From NCBI RefSeq assembly GCF_036321535.1, contig NC_087436.1, forward strand, positions 17,794,001 through 17,858,000: DNA of 64,000 nucleotides. Direction: 5' to 3'. The position numbers and the translations under genes are program-made. Numbering within the stretch: the stretch's first letter is position 1; each line of letters starts with the position of its first letter. Positions 13,180 through 25,830 of the stretch are shown in pieces. This stretch comes from Camelus dromedarius (lineage: Eukaryota). Below the pieces are notes generated by a model, which saw only the letters and a program-made list of their open reading frames with translations, searched no databases and had not been told where the DNA came from.

Positions 13180-14399
13180 AAGCCTGCTGGATTTTAGCCC
13201 ACACGGATGTCATCATTGCGGGTAGGCTGCGCATGGTCCAAACCACACAGTAGCTCCAAGAGCTGAGACGTGGAGTGGGGTTTGCAGAGAATGGGAGCCT
13301 GACACTTTCAGTCCTGCCTCCCCAGGGGCACAAGAGGGAGGAAACAGGGCAGAGATTTCGCCTGCTCTTCAAGTCCCCAAACTACCAGCTCACCCTCTTC
13401 TCAGACTCTGAGAATATCCTTCACCTTTTCCCAACCCAGCACTTCAATTTCTCTCCTCCTTCACTCCACTGCAGAGCAACTCCCCTCCGTACCTCTCTTT
13501 ACATCAGTCATTTTTTTTCTCACTATTACAAAAATAAAAACTAACAAAAAGCCTGAACGGAGCTGTCTTGTAGGCTGACTTACTCACTGGAGATGACAGC
13601 TCAAGTCTACACAATCCAGGAAAATGAAAAGTTCCCCATCTGTCTCATCTTAGCAACCAGGTAGGAGAGCATGAATCCTTTCTGAGAGACAATGGGACGT
13701 CATCAACTAAAAAGATAAAGAAATGGAATGAGTTTCATTATAGACTCTATAAATGTCTTTGAGACCGTCTGTGTTTCACTTTCCTCCCCTGCCCTGCATT
13801 CTAAGTTTGGGAGCAGTGTCAGAATGAGCTTTCAGTCTCTTTCATGGCAAGAAGAAGACTGACATCAAGAGAGAGTTGATGGGGAAGAGGTGTGACTTCT
13901 GCCACCAATACATTCTTCCCCGTTACATATGACTCTATTCTAATTTGATCCAAAGCTCAGAGATGTCATTTCGGGAAATCCAGATGGACCCAGTGACCAT
14001 TCTGGAGTCAAACGAATTCTACAGATGTGTTGCTAAGGAATTGGACTGGCAAAACATGAATTAGGTAAACAGAGTTGAAAGTGTTTTCGAGTGAAGACAC
14101 CAGATCGATATTTGTACTCATTGGATACTTTAGGTATTCCTGCTAGCTAGCTTACAATAACTGAATAGGATGAACAAGATTAATTTTTGTCTTCTTTGAC
14201 GTTACTATGGATTTCTACATTCAGGATTTTTATAAAAAGAAATATTTTACATAACTATTTTTTGGAAAATTAAATAAATAAAATATAAGTCACATGTCAT
14301 CATTTTTTAAACACTTGTTATGTTAAAAATGTTATCATCAAACTTTCCCTTATTAAGCTTCTTTTGTCAAAGATTTGCTTTGTGAGATTTTTTTAAAAG

Positions 14400-14586
14400 A
14401 AGTAAAGGATGAAATAATATGATTTCTGGGATTGGCTTCAAAATCATCTAGAACTGGAAGAGAAATGAAACATGGTTTGACCATGGGATGTTAATTTTAG
14501 AAGCTTTGTAATAATTACATGGTAGTTCATTATACTGTTCTCTCTACTCTTGTGTATATTTCAAATGTTCTGCAATAAAAAGTTGA
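14400..14586 (+). mobile_element. Old L1M (L1MC/MD/ME-type) 3' end
   Basis: atatgatttctgggattggcttcaaaat...gttcattatactgttctctctact...caataaaaagtt. Confidence 0.7.
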
Positions 14587-14634
14587 AACTAGGAAGTAAA
14601 ACTCCAAAATTAAATTTAGTACTCTTTATGAAAA

Positions 14635-15277
14635 ATATATCTGGAGGGAACTCAAATTCAAAAAGATACATGCACTCCAATGTTCACAGCAGCACTATTT
14701 ACAATAGTCAAGACATGGAAACAACCTAAATGTCCAATGACAAATGACTGGATAAAGAAGCTATGTTATATTTATGCAATGGAATACTACTCAGCCATAA
14801 AAAAAGAATAAAATAATGACATTTGCAGCAACACGGATGGACCTGGAGATTATCATTCTAAGTGAGTTAAGCCAGAAAGAGAAATAAAAATACCATATGA
14901 TATCACTCATATGTGGAATCTTAAAAAGAAAAGAAAGAAAAGAAATGAAAAAAGAAGACAATAATGAATTTATCAACAAAACAGAAACAGATTCATAGAC
15001 AAAATAAACAAACTTACGGTTACTGCGGGGAGAGAGGGTGTGAAGGGATAAACTGGGAGTTCGAGAAGTGCAAATACTAAATACCGTACATAAAATAGAT
15101 AAAAATTGAATTTCTTCTATATAGCACAGGGAATTATACTCAATATCTTATAATAACCTATAAAGAAAAAGGATATGAAAATGAATATATTTATGTATAT
15201 GTCTGACTGAAACATTATGCTGTACACCAGAAATTATAACTGATTATTCTTCAATTAAAAAAATAAACAAAAATAAA
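14635..15277 (+). mobile_element. 5'-truncated L1 (ORF2 C-terminal end + 3'UTR + A tail)
   Basis: aaaagatacatgcactccaatgttcacagcagcactatttacaatag...ggaatactactcagccataaaaaag...gctgtacaccagaaat...caattaaaaaaataaa. Confidence 0.92.
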
Positions 15278-16501
15278 GACCAACAGTAAGTATGTTAGAA
15301 AGGTAAACTGATTTAGAGAACATTGGACACATGTCAGGGTGATTCAGGAAACTTCATCTTCCTCCTCAGAGTGCTCAGAATCCCCAGGGAGCCAAGCTCT
15401 TTCGCATTCCGTCAGCCTGTGAAGGCTGACGGGTGTGGGGTCGCCCCTGCGAGTGGTGCTCTGGGGAATGCCATCCTCACGTCAGCCAGGGCCAGCTGGT
15501 GCTCACACTGCTTTCATATTCTCTGGGGCCCTGTCAGTCGGCGGCTGTACTTCTGAGAAAAATCGAAAACCAAACCCCAGTGGCAACTCTCCTTGTCCTG
15601 GTGATCGAATAACGTCGTAGAGAAACAGCAAGAGGCAGGGTGGCTCGTCCTTCCCCTTCATTCTCCCTTCATCTTGGGGGCCCGCTGACAAAGAAATGTC
15701 CTCATTCTAGAATTATCTGTTAAACAGCACAGGGAGCCTTGCCGGGGATTAAACAAGGTCTACACAAAAACGTCAAGCTGTCGCTCTTCCTCTAAAGGGC
15801 TTACAAGCAAGTTCCAGTTGGGATATACAAGGGTGAAATAAGATAAAAATGCAAGGCTGTGGAGAAGACCTGCCCACTGAACAACGCAGGCACCAAATGC
15901 TGTGGCAGCTCAGAGCAGGGAGGGGCCCAGAGTTAACGGAAAAGCTTTCCTGAGAGAATGGGGTTTAAAGGGAGGCTTTAACCACATCTCAATTCACACA
16001 GAGGGTCAAGGACGGAGCTGGGGCTCCCACACCATGCAGTGGGCAGAGCAGGAGAACTGAAGTCAGACAGGTCCGCCTCCTGTCCCAGCCATTGTCTCTG
16101 AACTCCCTTCTCTCATTTGTACATCATGCCAGACAGGTTGTGATGAGAACTGAAAATATTAACTTTTGGGGGAAAGCCAAGAACTCAGTAGGCTGCTAAT
16201 AAGTGTTCGCTTTTCTTTCCATTGTGTAGGAAGCCCAGGGATTAAAAACTTATAAACAAAAATGACAGCCAGATTGTAGAGACCGTGAACATCAGACTAA
16301 GGGATTTAGATTTTACCCTATGGGTGTCCTGTGGCCTTATGCAGAGAAGGTCATGCCGGAAGCTGTATCTGGGAATAATGGTCACTATTGCATTGGGTAC
16401 GTAACCTGGTTAAGAAGAGGGACTTGATCCAGAGAAATTCATTAGAGGGTTAATGCAATGATCTGAGCACTAAGTATTAAGGTAAGAATTAGAGTTGTGA
16501 C

Positions 16502-18136
16502 CAGAGATGAATTTACCACGAAGCTTAATTTGAGGCCCCTTTCTTGCACAAGCCTCATCCGGGGCTTCAGAAAGGACTCCAGCAACATCTTCACAGAGTC
16601 ATGTGGTTTTGTCAGCTCTGCAAAAATAAGGTATTGACTGGTTCAGACAACTGCCTCTTTCTCCCGATTAGCCAGTTTGGGCTTCTGTAATAAAATACCG
16701 TAGACTGGGGGCCTTAAACAACAGACGTCTATTTTCTCAGAGGTCTGGAGGCTGGGGGTCTAAGAGCAGGGTGCCGGCATGGTGGAGTCCTGGTGAGAGC
16801 CCTCTTCCTGGCTTGGAAAGTCATGTGAGACAGTCGGTCCTCATGTGGCCCTTCCTCTGTGCCCATGTGAAGAGGGAGAGGGAGACAGAGCTCTTCCTCT
16901 TCTTACAAGCATACTAATTAATCTCATCGCAAGGGTACCACCTTCACGACCTAATCTAACACTAATCACCTCCCAAAGGCCCCAACTCCGAACACCATCA
17001 TGCTGGCTTCAAGGTGGGCATGCAGGATGGGGAAATGCAAACATTCAGTCCATAATACACCCACGCTTTCCTCCCCTGTCCCTTTCCCCTTGTACGCTAG
17101 AGAGGCTGTGGACATTTTGGGAATGAGATAGGAGAAATTTGAATTGGAGAGAGATTTAGTTTGGGCTGAGTGAGGTATCTTTATGAGGTTTTTCATTCGC
17201 TTTCCTGTATATTTATTAGTATCTTTCCCTGTGCAGAAACGGTTTCAGAACTACTCCCTTGCCCCAGCGCCAGCTTGACAGGAAGGTGCGGGACCATGAG
17301 TTGAATCCCAGCACAGCATCCCCCAAGGCCCTCAGGCCCCAGCCACGCAGGTGATAAAGAAACACATTCTGGCATGTATGGGGCCAGAAGTCTGTGGAAA
17401 ATCCTTCCAACAATCAGATGTGCGAAGTTGCAAGTGGGTGATGTGGTTCTCAGTTGGTAACTAATCAAAATTGATGTTTTCTTCTGTTGGGTATTTATTC
17501 AGCAATACAGCATATACATTATAACTGTTTAACTGTATTTTAATTATAAATACACAATACTTTGTTTCTTTTAAAACTGGAGTGGTCCAAAGTAGAATTT
17601 ATCAAAATTCCTGGGTTTACATAACACAAACCTTTAGCCCCACCTCACAGATAGTCTAAAGCAGAACATTCACAGGAAAAAAATGGATAGTTTTTTTCTT
17701 CATAAATCTGAGAACAACTTACAATTGAGAACAATTTACATGACATTACCAGTAATGATCTGTGATGCTAAAAGAAATTTTTTTGGCTATTAATATATTT
17801 TAATTCCAATTCATCAAGTTGTAGAAAAAATTGCCTTTCTGTTCTCTCTGTAGAAGATGCTACATAATCCTTAGCTTCTAAAGTGGTGATCAACCAGTAT
17901 GCGCCAAAAAATACATGTATCGGGGAAAAATGTGGTGAGGCATATAAAGTAGTGAATTAAGAAAAATGTGTTTTTTAATGGATTTTGTAATATTTGTAGC
18001 ATTATGTATTTGTATCACAGGAACATATTTGTCACCCCTTTTCTTAGTCTAAAAATTCACTTCCATTTCTAATTTTATGTTTATTACTTTTTGTATTTTT
18101 TCTAAAAGGGGGCCCCTAAACCTGGATCTACCCCTG
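16502..18136 (+). mobile_element. hAT-Tip100 DNA transposon relic (Zaphod-like), interrupted by an LTR
   Basis: Left end cagagatgaatttaccacgaagctt...ggcccct; right end ggggcccctaaacctggatctacccctg; ends form an imperfect inverted repeat and resemble the Zaphod consensus as recalled. Confidence 0.65.
16668..17057 (-). mobile_element. MaLR solo LTR (MLT1A-like) nested in the hAT element
   Basis: ctgtaataaaataccgtagactgggggccttaaacaacagac...ctggaggctggg...cctcccaaaggcccc...aaacattcagtccata. Confidence 0.85.
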
Positions 18137-18989
18137 ACTGTGGTAATGAGAATAACACACAAAGGATAGGTGCAGATGTTAAAGACAAACACCTCTGTGA
18201 TTATATTTGTTCTGTAGGAATCACAAAAAGGAAGCAGTCTTATTACTCTCCTAGAGAAGGCTATTTTATTGGCCACAAAAGTATTTCCCACCCTTCCTTG
18301 GATGCTAGACTTTTCAGGAAAATGCTCTAACGACACAGTGTGAAACACTCAAGTCTAGAAGAAAATAAACAGAAATTTACCGCGTTGTCAACATCACATG
18401 GCCACTACCCACAACACGTTCTTTCTCCCCTGAAGCAAGCTACCAACTCATCTTTCTCCCTGTGACCTTATGACCACCACCCGAGATGGTTCTCCAAACT
18501 CTGGACAAATTCATCTTTCTAACATGCAAATAAGGTTATATTGCCATCCTATTAAAACTCTATGACTTGTAGGGAAAAGCACCAGTCCCTAACATAGAGA
18601 CATGGACATCGGAGGATCCTTTCTCAAGCAATCACTCCCATCCATCTACATGACTTCTGTGAGACCTGCATTATTACTCTAGCCACAGTTGATAGATCTC
18701 TTCCCCTGGATTTTAGGACTTGGACTGAGGGAGTCAGCAGTCATGTTTTCTGTTAGGTGACCTTTAGAAGCAGAGGTGTCAACAGAGAGAGAGGTGATAC
18801 ACAAAGATGAACAGAGCAAGAGATTGCTCATGGCATTCAAGCTCCTCATTTCAGATGTCCCTGTCAATGAGCCCAACCCCCGTCCTTTGTGGTCTGTAGA
18901 TGGTACAACATAGGTATGATAAAAATCATCTTTTCACTTGGGTTGGTTGATGTGTGCTCCAAGCCCTTGCAACCAAGGGTCCTTTGGAA

Positions 18990-19445
18990 TGTAAGTACAA
19001 GGATTCTCATGATCTAGACCTTATTTAACCCTCTAAGCTTGTCTCTGGCTACTTCCCGCTTCATCCTCGATGTTCGTGCAATACTACAAATATGTTAGGT
19101 CCTTCTCACCTGCGGACTCTCCAAGAACACATACTCTTCCCTCTGTCTACCATTCATCTTCCAGAGCACCATGGGGATGTTTCTTTCCCTTACAGAGATC
19201 TTTCCTGACTCAAATCTGGGTCGTGTGCCTCTCACAGCTGCTGTTCTCCTATGAGAGGACTTATCTCCCTGTATGTCAATCCCTGCTCAACTGTTTCCTC
19301 CCCTGTGTACTCGTTCACCACAAACCCCTTCTGAAAAGAGGGGAACCATGACTAGCTTATTCATCATTCTATTCTCACTACCTAACACATGTCAAGCACA
19401 TACTAGGCTTTCCATATATATTTGTCAAATGAACAAGTAAATTAA
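18990..19445 (+). mobile_element. L2 3' region, degenerate
   Basis: ctcccctgtgtac...ttattcatcattctattctcactacctaacacatgtcaagcacatactagg...tatttgtcaaatgaac. Confidence 0.55.
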
Positions 19446-19776
19446 TCACTCCGTCTACACACATGGACAAAATAGCAATAAATGAATAGAGGGTAAGATA
19501 AACACCCACAAACCCATCCCTCGTCCTAAAAGTAGAGCAGCACTGGGACCTGGAAAGTTCCCTGTGTGTTCTCCAGTCCTTCCTCTCACCCCTCCAGAAC
19601 CCCCAGAGATCACCACTGTTTTAAAGTTTGCTTGCCTTTTTCTCACCGACTTGCTTTTCCTTTTGGGTCGTACCACATATGTAGGTAAACCTAAACAAGA
19701 AAAATGTGTGGCTTATTTTGAACTATTTTGAACTTTTTAAAAATGGTAGCAGATAGTAAGTATTCTGCAACGTGGC

Positions 19777-19913
19777 TTTTTTTTTTTTCCCCTGCAGGGA
19801 GAAAAGGAATTTGGTTTATTATTTTTTTTTTTTAATGGCAGTTCTGGGGATTGAACCTGGGACAGCGTGCATGCTAAACACATGCTCTACTACTGAGCTC
19901 TCTCCTCCTCCCC
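19777..19913 (-). mobile_element. tRNA-Ala-derived SINE (Vic-1-like), inside an old antisense L1M fragment (~19480-20040)
   Basis: ctggggattgaacctggg...gcatgctaaacacatgctctactactgagct = reverse complement of the A box/anticodon arm/B box seen at 36609. Confidence 0.85.
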
Positions 19914-20074
19914 TCAACCAGTGTGTGCTTTTTCTGCGCTTCATCCGAGTTCATGTGTGTCTCTCTAAGTCGTGCCTTTTCACTCCTGTGTGGCATTGCA
20001 TTGAAAAAACTTACCACTCTTGATTTACCCATTTTGTCTCTATTCTTCTAGCCACCCAAACTCCCTAGATCCCA

Positions 20075-20680
20075 ACAGATTTTATTTTCCAAAGATGGCA
20101 CATCAATATTTCTCCTATCATGCACTCTTGTACAATATGACTTTGCCACTGCCTCACTGTGGAAGTTGAGTTCTCCTCTCCTTGAGCCTGGGTGGGCTTA
20201 TGCCTGCTTCCCCCGGTAGAGTTTAGTATAAATGACACTGTGAGACTTCTGAGGCTGGGCCATAATCATGGGATGATATAACTCACCTTGTTTACTGGAA
20301 CACTCATGCTTGGAGCTCTGGGTCGCCATGTAAGAGGTCCAAATATGCTGAGGTCACATATTGCAAGGAAGGCAGGCTACATGGACAGGCCAGGGGAGGA
20401 CACCGCAGCTGGCAGCCCTGATCTTCCAGTCAGTGCAATCGAGATGCCAGACGCAAGAGTGGAGGAGCCTGGTGATGTTCCCAGGCCGATGCACTGAGTT
20501 ACCCCCACCCTTGGTTTTGCCAGTTGAAGTCCCAGGCATCCTGGAGCAGAGGCTGGCTAGCCCCCCCACCCCGTGCCCTATCCAAATTCCTAATCCATGA
20601 GCACAATAAAATGGACATTGTTTTAAACAATAAAGTTTGGGGTCATTTGTAGGTAGTGGTATGGCCGTAGTAACTGGCAT
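20075..20680 (+). mobile_element. MaLR solo LTR (older MLT1F/G/H-like)
   Basis: ttttccaaagatggc...tgtgagacttctgaggctggg...gccatgtaagaggtcc...ccaaattcct...aagtttggggtcatttgt. Confidence 0.75.
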
Positions 20681-20984
20681 CACCTCTTTAGGAGTTGTCC
20701 CCGCTCTCAGCCCCATATCTTCCTAGGAAAATCCTCCCTTTGCCTTCAAGGTTCTTTGAACTCTCATAAACCAATATTCATTTTTCTAATACCCACCATA
20801 GCTCCATCTAACCCGATTAATTCATAGCTCTTTATTAAAAATCACCTGTCAAAATCCTTTTCCCTGCCCTCACCAGTGTCACAGGACTCCTTGCCTTCCT
20901 GCTCAAGCAGCACCACCAGCCAACCACTCGTCTCTCGTTCAGCTTCTTGAAAGACATCTTTACCTTTGAGTAAATTTGTCTAAA

Positions 20985-21151
20985 TAGTGTTTCTCACAGT
21001 GTGGTCCACAGACCATCTGCATCAGAAGCACCTGGGTCCTTGTTGAAAATGCAGATTCTGGGCAGCACCCGAGACATGCCGAATCAGCATCTCCACATTT
21101 GTATCAAGCACGCCAGGTGTGCCTCACACACATTCAAGTTTGACAATCATG
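20985..21151. mobile_element. MER5A-like hAT-Charlie MITE
   Basis: tttctcacagtgtggtccacagacc...gcatcagaagcacctggg...aaatgcagattctggg...aagtttgacaatca. Confidence 0.8.
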
Positions 21152-22260
21152 AGTCTCCTGGGAAGGATTTAGTCGGGGGAGGCAAGTAGCCTTTGGCATT
21201 AACTTGAGACAAGAAAACTGGGAGAACTCGGGCAGTAATCCTTTTCTCTCTGCCAACTAAAGCAATTAAAAGACTAGTGTTCTGTACCTCCAGAACCTGC
21301 TTCTTTTCCCAGGCACTAGAAAACTATGACCATCACCCCCGTCCCTGCAAGTTACACAGCAGATGTGTGGAAAGCATAGGAGATGTTGGACTTAAGATGA
21401 GTAAATGAATGACTAGATGAAAAAGTTTAGAACTGACTGTCTACAAATCATTATAGAAGAGGTTCTGATTCTTCAGATCATGGTGGGGGGTCCGTGTCCA
21501 TGGCTAGGAGGCTAGGGAATATGTTTATAATTTTCAATGATATCTAAAAATTCATGATGTTATGTCTATAAACATACAGGACTAAATATTAGGTGACTCA
21601 TCCCAGGAAGGTGTATTTCAACTAATGCCAAATCATCCCCCAGTAGAATTTCTCTCTCATTGTGCATTCTTATAAGCATCCTTTCAGTTCTGTTTTTTTG
21701 GTGTTGTTTCCGAAGTTATTTGTTTACATGTTTATGTATACCTCACCTCAGTTCACAAAGGATTTTGAATATTTCTTCCACGTATGTATAGAAACAGATA
21801 CAAGTAGGTGTCAAGGGTGTTTCTGTGCCCAAGCCAACTGTTCCCCAACGTTAGAGAAGCGGAAGCAAGGAGCTAACTTCTCTGCCCTCCTGTTTATCTG
21901 AAAAAATTATCCAATTTGCCTGCTGCTTAACTTGTCATGGAAATACCTGTAACAGTGCTTGAATTTGCCATTAAGGAATGTGTTCTTAGCCATGTTCGTG
22001 TGGTGGTATAGTTCCTCTTTCTTAACCACTATTTATTGTTTGTGTTCTTCTTGTGAGCCACCTCAAAATGTGTGTGGCAAAGGCAGGAAAAATAAGAAAG
22101 CAAGAGAAGGAGAGAGGGAGAGAGAAACCTGACGTGAGAGGATTCCTTAGCAGAGAAATCCATCTCTATGTTGTAACAATTATTGAATTCTCCAGTCTCA
22201 GAGATGATTCACCAGGCTGCTAACTGCTACATCAACCTGACCCTCGCCTTGCATTCTTTT

Positions 22261-22467
22261 TTTTCCCTTTTTTCTTTTCTTTTCTGATTATTTTTTAAAT
22301 TTTTTTAATTGAAGTATAGTCAGTTTACAATGTTGTGTCAGTTTCTGGTGTACAGCATAATGTTTCAGTCACACATATACCTACGTATATTCATTTTCAT
22401 ATTCTTTTTCATTATAGGTTACTAAAGGATATTGAATATAGTTCCCTGTGCTCTGCAATAGAAACTT
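22261..22467 (-). mobile_element. L1 3' end
   Basis: T-rich tail + aattgaagtatagtcagtttacaatgttgtgtcagtttctggtgtacagc...gaatatagttccctgtgct; possible TSD ttgcatt(c/a)tttt at 22249 and 22468. Confidence 0.9.
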
Positions 22468-22759
22468 TTGCATTATTTTTGTTACAGTCTGCTTTTTTCC
22501 CCACAGAATTCTTCTAGTCATTTATAAATTCTTTGAAGTATGTTTTCATTATGAACCTCATGACTACAGTAGTTGCTACATGTCCTTTGAGTTTTCGGTC
22601 AGAGGATTTCTCTCTTTTAATGAAACACAAAATCACAAATATGGTTTCATTTGCTCCTCATAGCTGTCCTATAGTGAAGGTTAAAAAAAAAAAAACCTGT
22701 TGTTTTCTCAGGCTTCTTCAATGTGCCCTCTCTTCCTCCTGAGACACAGTTTGCCCTGA

Positions 22760-23140
22760 TAGACGCATGGCTACCTCCCTTTCTTCTTTCAAGTTTCACT
22801 TAAATGTCACCTATTCAGAACCCTTCCTTGACTGCATTCCAATAAAATAAACACCCCCCCTCCAAGAGCACTTTTTGCCATCTGACAGGATGTGGTCCCT
22901 ATGGGTCTTTCTGCACGAGAACTTGAACATAAGCTCCATGCAGGTGGGAATTCATTTTGTTTGCTGTGATTTCCCCAGTCCCACCAGAGTGTCAAGCACA
23001 TAGCAGATGCTCAATAAACAAAGAAATGAATTCACTATTCCCGTTTCACATGTAAACGAGTCAGGAACTGGAGACTTAAATGATGTGACCACCGTGGCAC
23101 CCCTAACGAGCAGCAGATTAGGTCTGGATCGGAGGTGTTT
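22760..23140. mobile_element. L2 3' end (+) followed by MIR fragment (-)
   Basis: cttaaatgtcacct...aagctccatgcaggtggg...gcacatagcagatgctcaataaac; then ttcccgtttcacatgtaaacgag. Confidence 0.65.
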
Positions 23141-24804
23141 GTGGCAAGTCCCGATACATTTTCAGGACCATTACAGAGACATTATGCTAACTGATCTAAG
23201 TGATTGACTTCACTGGCATTAACTTCTGGAACAATGTAAAATCTGGAACCTTCTTTTATCACTTCATGAATGTCATCTGGAGCAAAGACAAAATTAAAGC
23301 CATTACGTTTCCTAACACTCAGTGGACTCTAAGGTGTGTTGTAGGTAGAGTAACCCACAGTATACTGAGAATTGATGCATTTTCCTGGGTGCGAATTCTA
23401 CTTGTATGGTTCTTGAACAACACCTCTGCAAACCATTCCAAAGCACTCTTTGTCAGTCAGCAAATAGTTATTTCAGCTACAATAATAGCATCTTAAGAGA
23501 TGATGCTGTTATGATAACCAAAGCCATTGGCTGCTCTCAGTGGCAGACCATTTAGCAGCCTGACTTCTGTGTGATATCCCCTGAGCACTGGAGAGGGGAT
23601 CAGGCTATGCACATGGACCCAATAATTGCAGTGCTTCAGTCTGATTGTAAGTCTAGCAATAAAGAGGAACTTACATGATTTTTAGATAGTACTTTCCCCT
23701 TGCTTCTAGGAATGATTAATACATTTCTAATGTTCAACACAATTTTATTTAACTTAACTCACTTAGAACTCATAAGCTCTCCACCGACTGCTGTTCTATT
23801 AGTCTCTTAACCAGCCTATCCCCTATGAACCAGCATTTTTAAACATTTCCTAGAAGTGAATGTTCAAATTGCAAGAGGCCTAAAAAATTATCCATTCAAA
23901 GCACATCATTTTAAAGATGAAGAAATTTAAGTCAAAATTGGCTTATCAGTCATACCCAAACAGAAAGCAGTACAGTCAGACCTCAGGTCCCCCAAGGCTC
24001 TTTCTACTGCACACAGTAGGATCACACTTTGCACAGGGTCTGCCGTTCCCAAACAGATTCTTCAAGAGATGGATTCTGAAATTAATGACCTTGAAGCATG
24101 GCAACATCATAAAGTAATTCTGAACGATTTGTAAATTTCTGTGGGTGATAAACATTATTCTCATTACTGTCAGTGTTCTTAGGATAGTGGTTTAGCTCTG
24201 AAATTGTGTAATGTCAGTATGAGTTATATATAATAAATATGCTTAATGAAAAGATTTGGTAAAGCAGTAAAAGCAGTTCGCTGACCCATGGTATAACTGG
24301 TCATATGGTCTCATGTTTATTTTTTCTTGAATTACAATATTGGAAGCTGAATAAGGAATCTGAAAGGCAGGAACGTTGATATAGACTTACCTCAGCTAAT
24401 GCCCATTCTGTAATAATTAAGTTGATTGATTCACCTTACAAACATATATCTTAATCATCTCCCGGGTGCCAGAGTGGAAAGACTTTCACTGGTGGTTTAG
24501 CCATTTCCCTGTTTCCTCCTGGGCACAGCAAGACGACTATTTTCAGCCTCCATTGCAATTAGCTGCAGCCACGCGACTGCGTTCTGGCCACTGGCTTGTC
24601 AACAGCAGTGATGTACACCATGAAACCCTGGCCCATGTCATCCCCCACTTACTGCCCTCATCTTCCAGCCAGATGCAGAAATCTCACAGGACTCTGAGCC
24701 CTGGGAGATCACAGAGCCACAGAGAGAAAGAGCCCGGATCCCTGAGTCAGCATTTAGGGGCACAGCAGAAAGCCTTAGGAAGGGCTGTTCAGAAATCATT
24801 ATAT

Positions 24805-24929
24805 GGGGGAGGATATAGTTCAGTGGCTGAGTGCCTGCTTAGCATGGTCCTGGGTTCAATCCCCAGTACCTCCACTAAGACATAAACAAATAAAATACAT
24901 AAACCTAATTACCTCCCCCCACCGAAAAA
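24805..24929 (+). mobile_element. tRNA-Ala-derived SINE (Vic-1-like) with 14-bp TSD
   Basis: gggggaggatatagttcagtgg...ctgggttcaatccccagtacctcc...aaacctaattacctcccccc; TSD agaaatcatt(a/g)tat at 24791-24804 and 24930-24943. Confidence 0.9.
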
Positions 24930-25049
24930 AGAAATCATTGTATCAGAGAATGGCATGGAATTAAGGTTCAGGTTGGAAGAAAAGAAACTAAGTCACCTCG
25001 GATAGAAGAGGAAGCAAACCCGGAGCTTCAGATGTGAAAACCTTTGGTT

Positions 25050-25830
25050 AAGCTGTAGGAACAAAAGTTGTCTAACGTAACTGGAGCACAGAGTAGAATT
25101 CAAGCAAACGTTTGAGCACTGAGACAAAAAGTGAGGTGGGATCGGATTATGAAAGGCATTGTGCCAAGCTGGAAGGTAGCCTTTACCATATAGGCAGTAG
25201 AATATCCAGAAGAGGCTTTAAAGCTGCAGAGTGGCAAAACAAAACTCTCCTTTAATGCAGTGTGGAAAATAACTTGGAAAGGGAAGCAAATGGGAGAGGG
25301 AGACAAGTTACCAGACTATTGGAAAAATCCAGGCAAGAGACAATACGAAGGCTGATCTAGGCTGCGGCAGAAGAAATTGACACAGAAACAGACACAAGAA
25401 GCCATTCAGAGGAGGCATCTCCAAGTCCAGGTCGCTGTCAGGTGTGAGCAGTTAAAGTGACATTGACGGGAGTGGGGAACACAAGAGAAGATACAGGTTC
25501 AAAGAAAAACATGATGAATTTGCTTTTAAATATGTTGAATTTGAAGTCCAAATTCGAGAAGCTATCCAGTGTGCTGTTTGCATTCCATATGCAGAGCTCA
25601 GGGAAAAAAATTCAAAATTGGAATTATAAATTTGGGAGTTGGCAACACAGAGATGATGGTTAAGCCATGGGACTGGATGAAATCTGCCAAGAAATGTGAA
25701 TCGAGTGAGATGAGAAGGAAGAAGAGACTTCACGGAATACTTGAAAGAGCAGTGAGAGGAGTATAAAAAGCATCAGGAGAGGAGAGTGTCCTGAGAAGCA
25801 GGGAAGGAGCGGCTTTAGGAGTCCCACCCA
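25050..25830 (-). mobile_element. L2 fragment, degenerate (further L2-like sequence likely ~26400-27500)
   Basis: gatgaatttgcttttaaatatgttgaatttgaagtcc...ggaattataaatttgggagttggcaacacagagatgatggttaagccatgggactggatgaaatc. Confidence 0.65.

Noticed and set aside
14791..14979. Hydrophobic 62-aa ORFs here and at 6348-6536
   Set aside because: Antisense translations of L1 sequence
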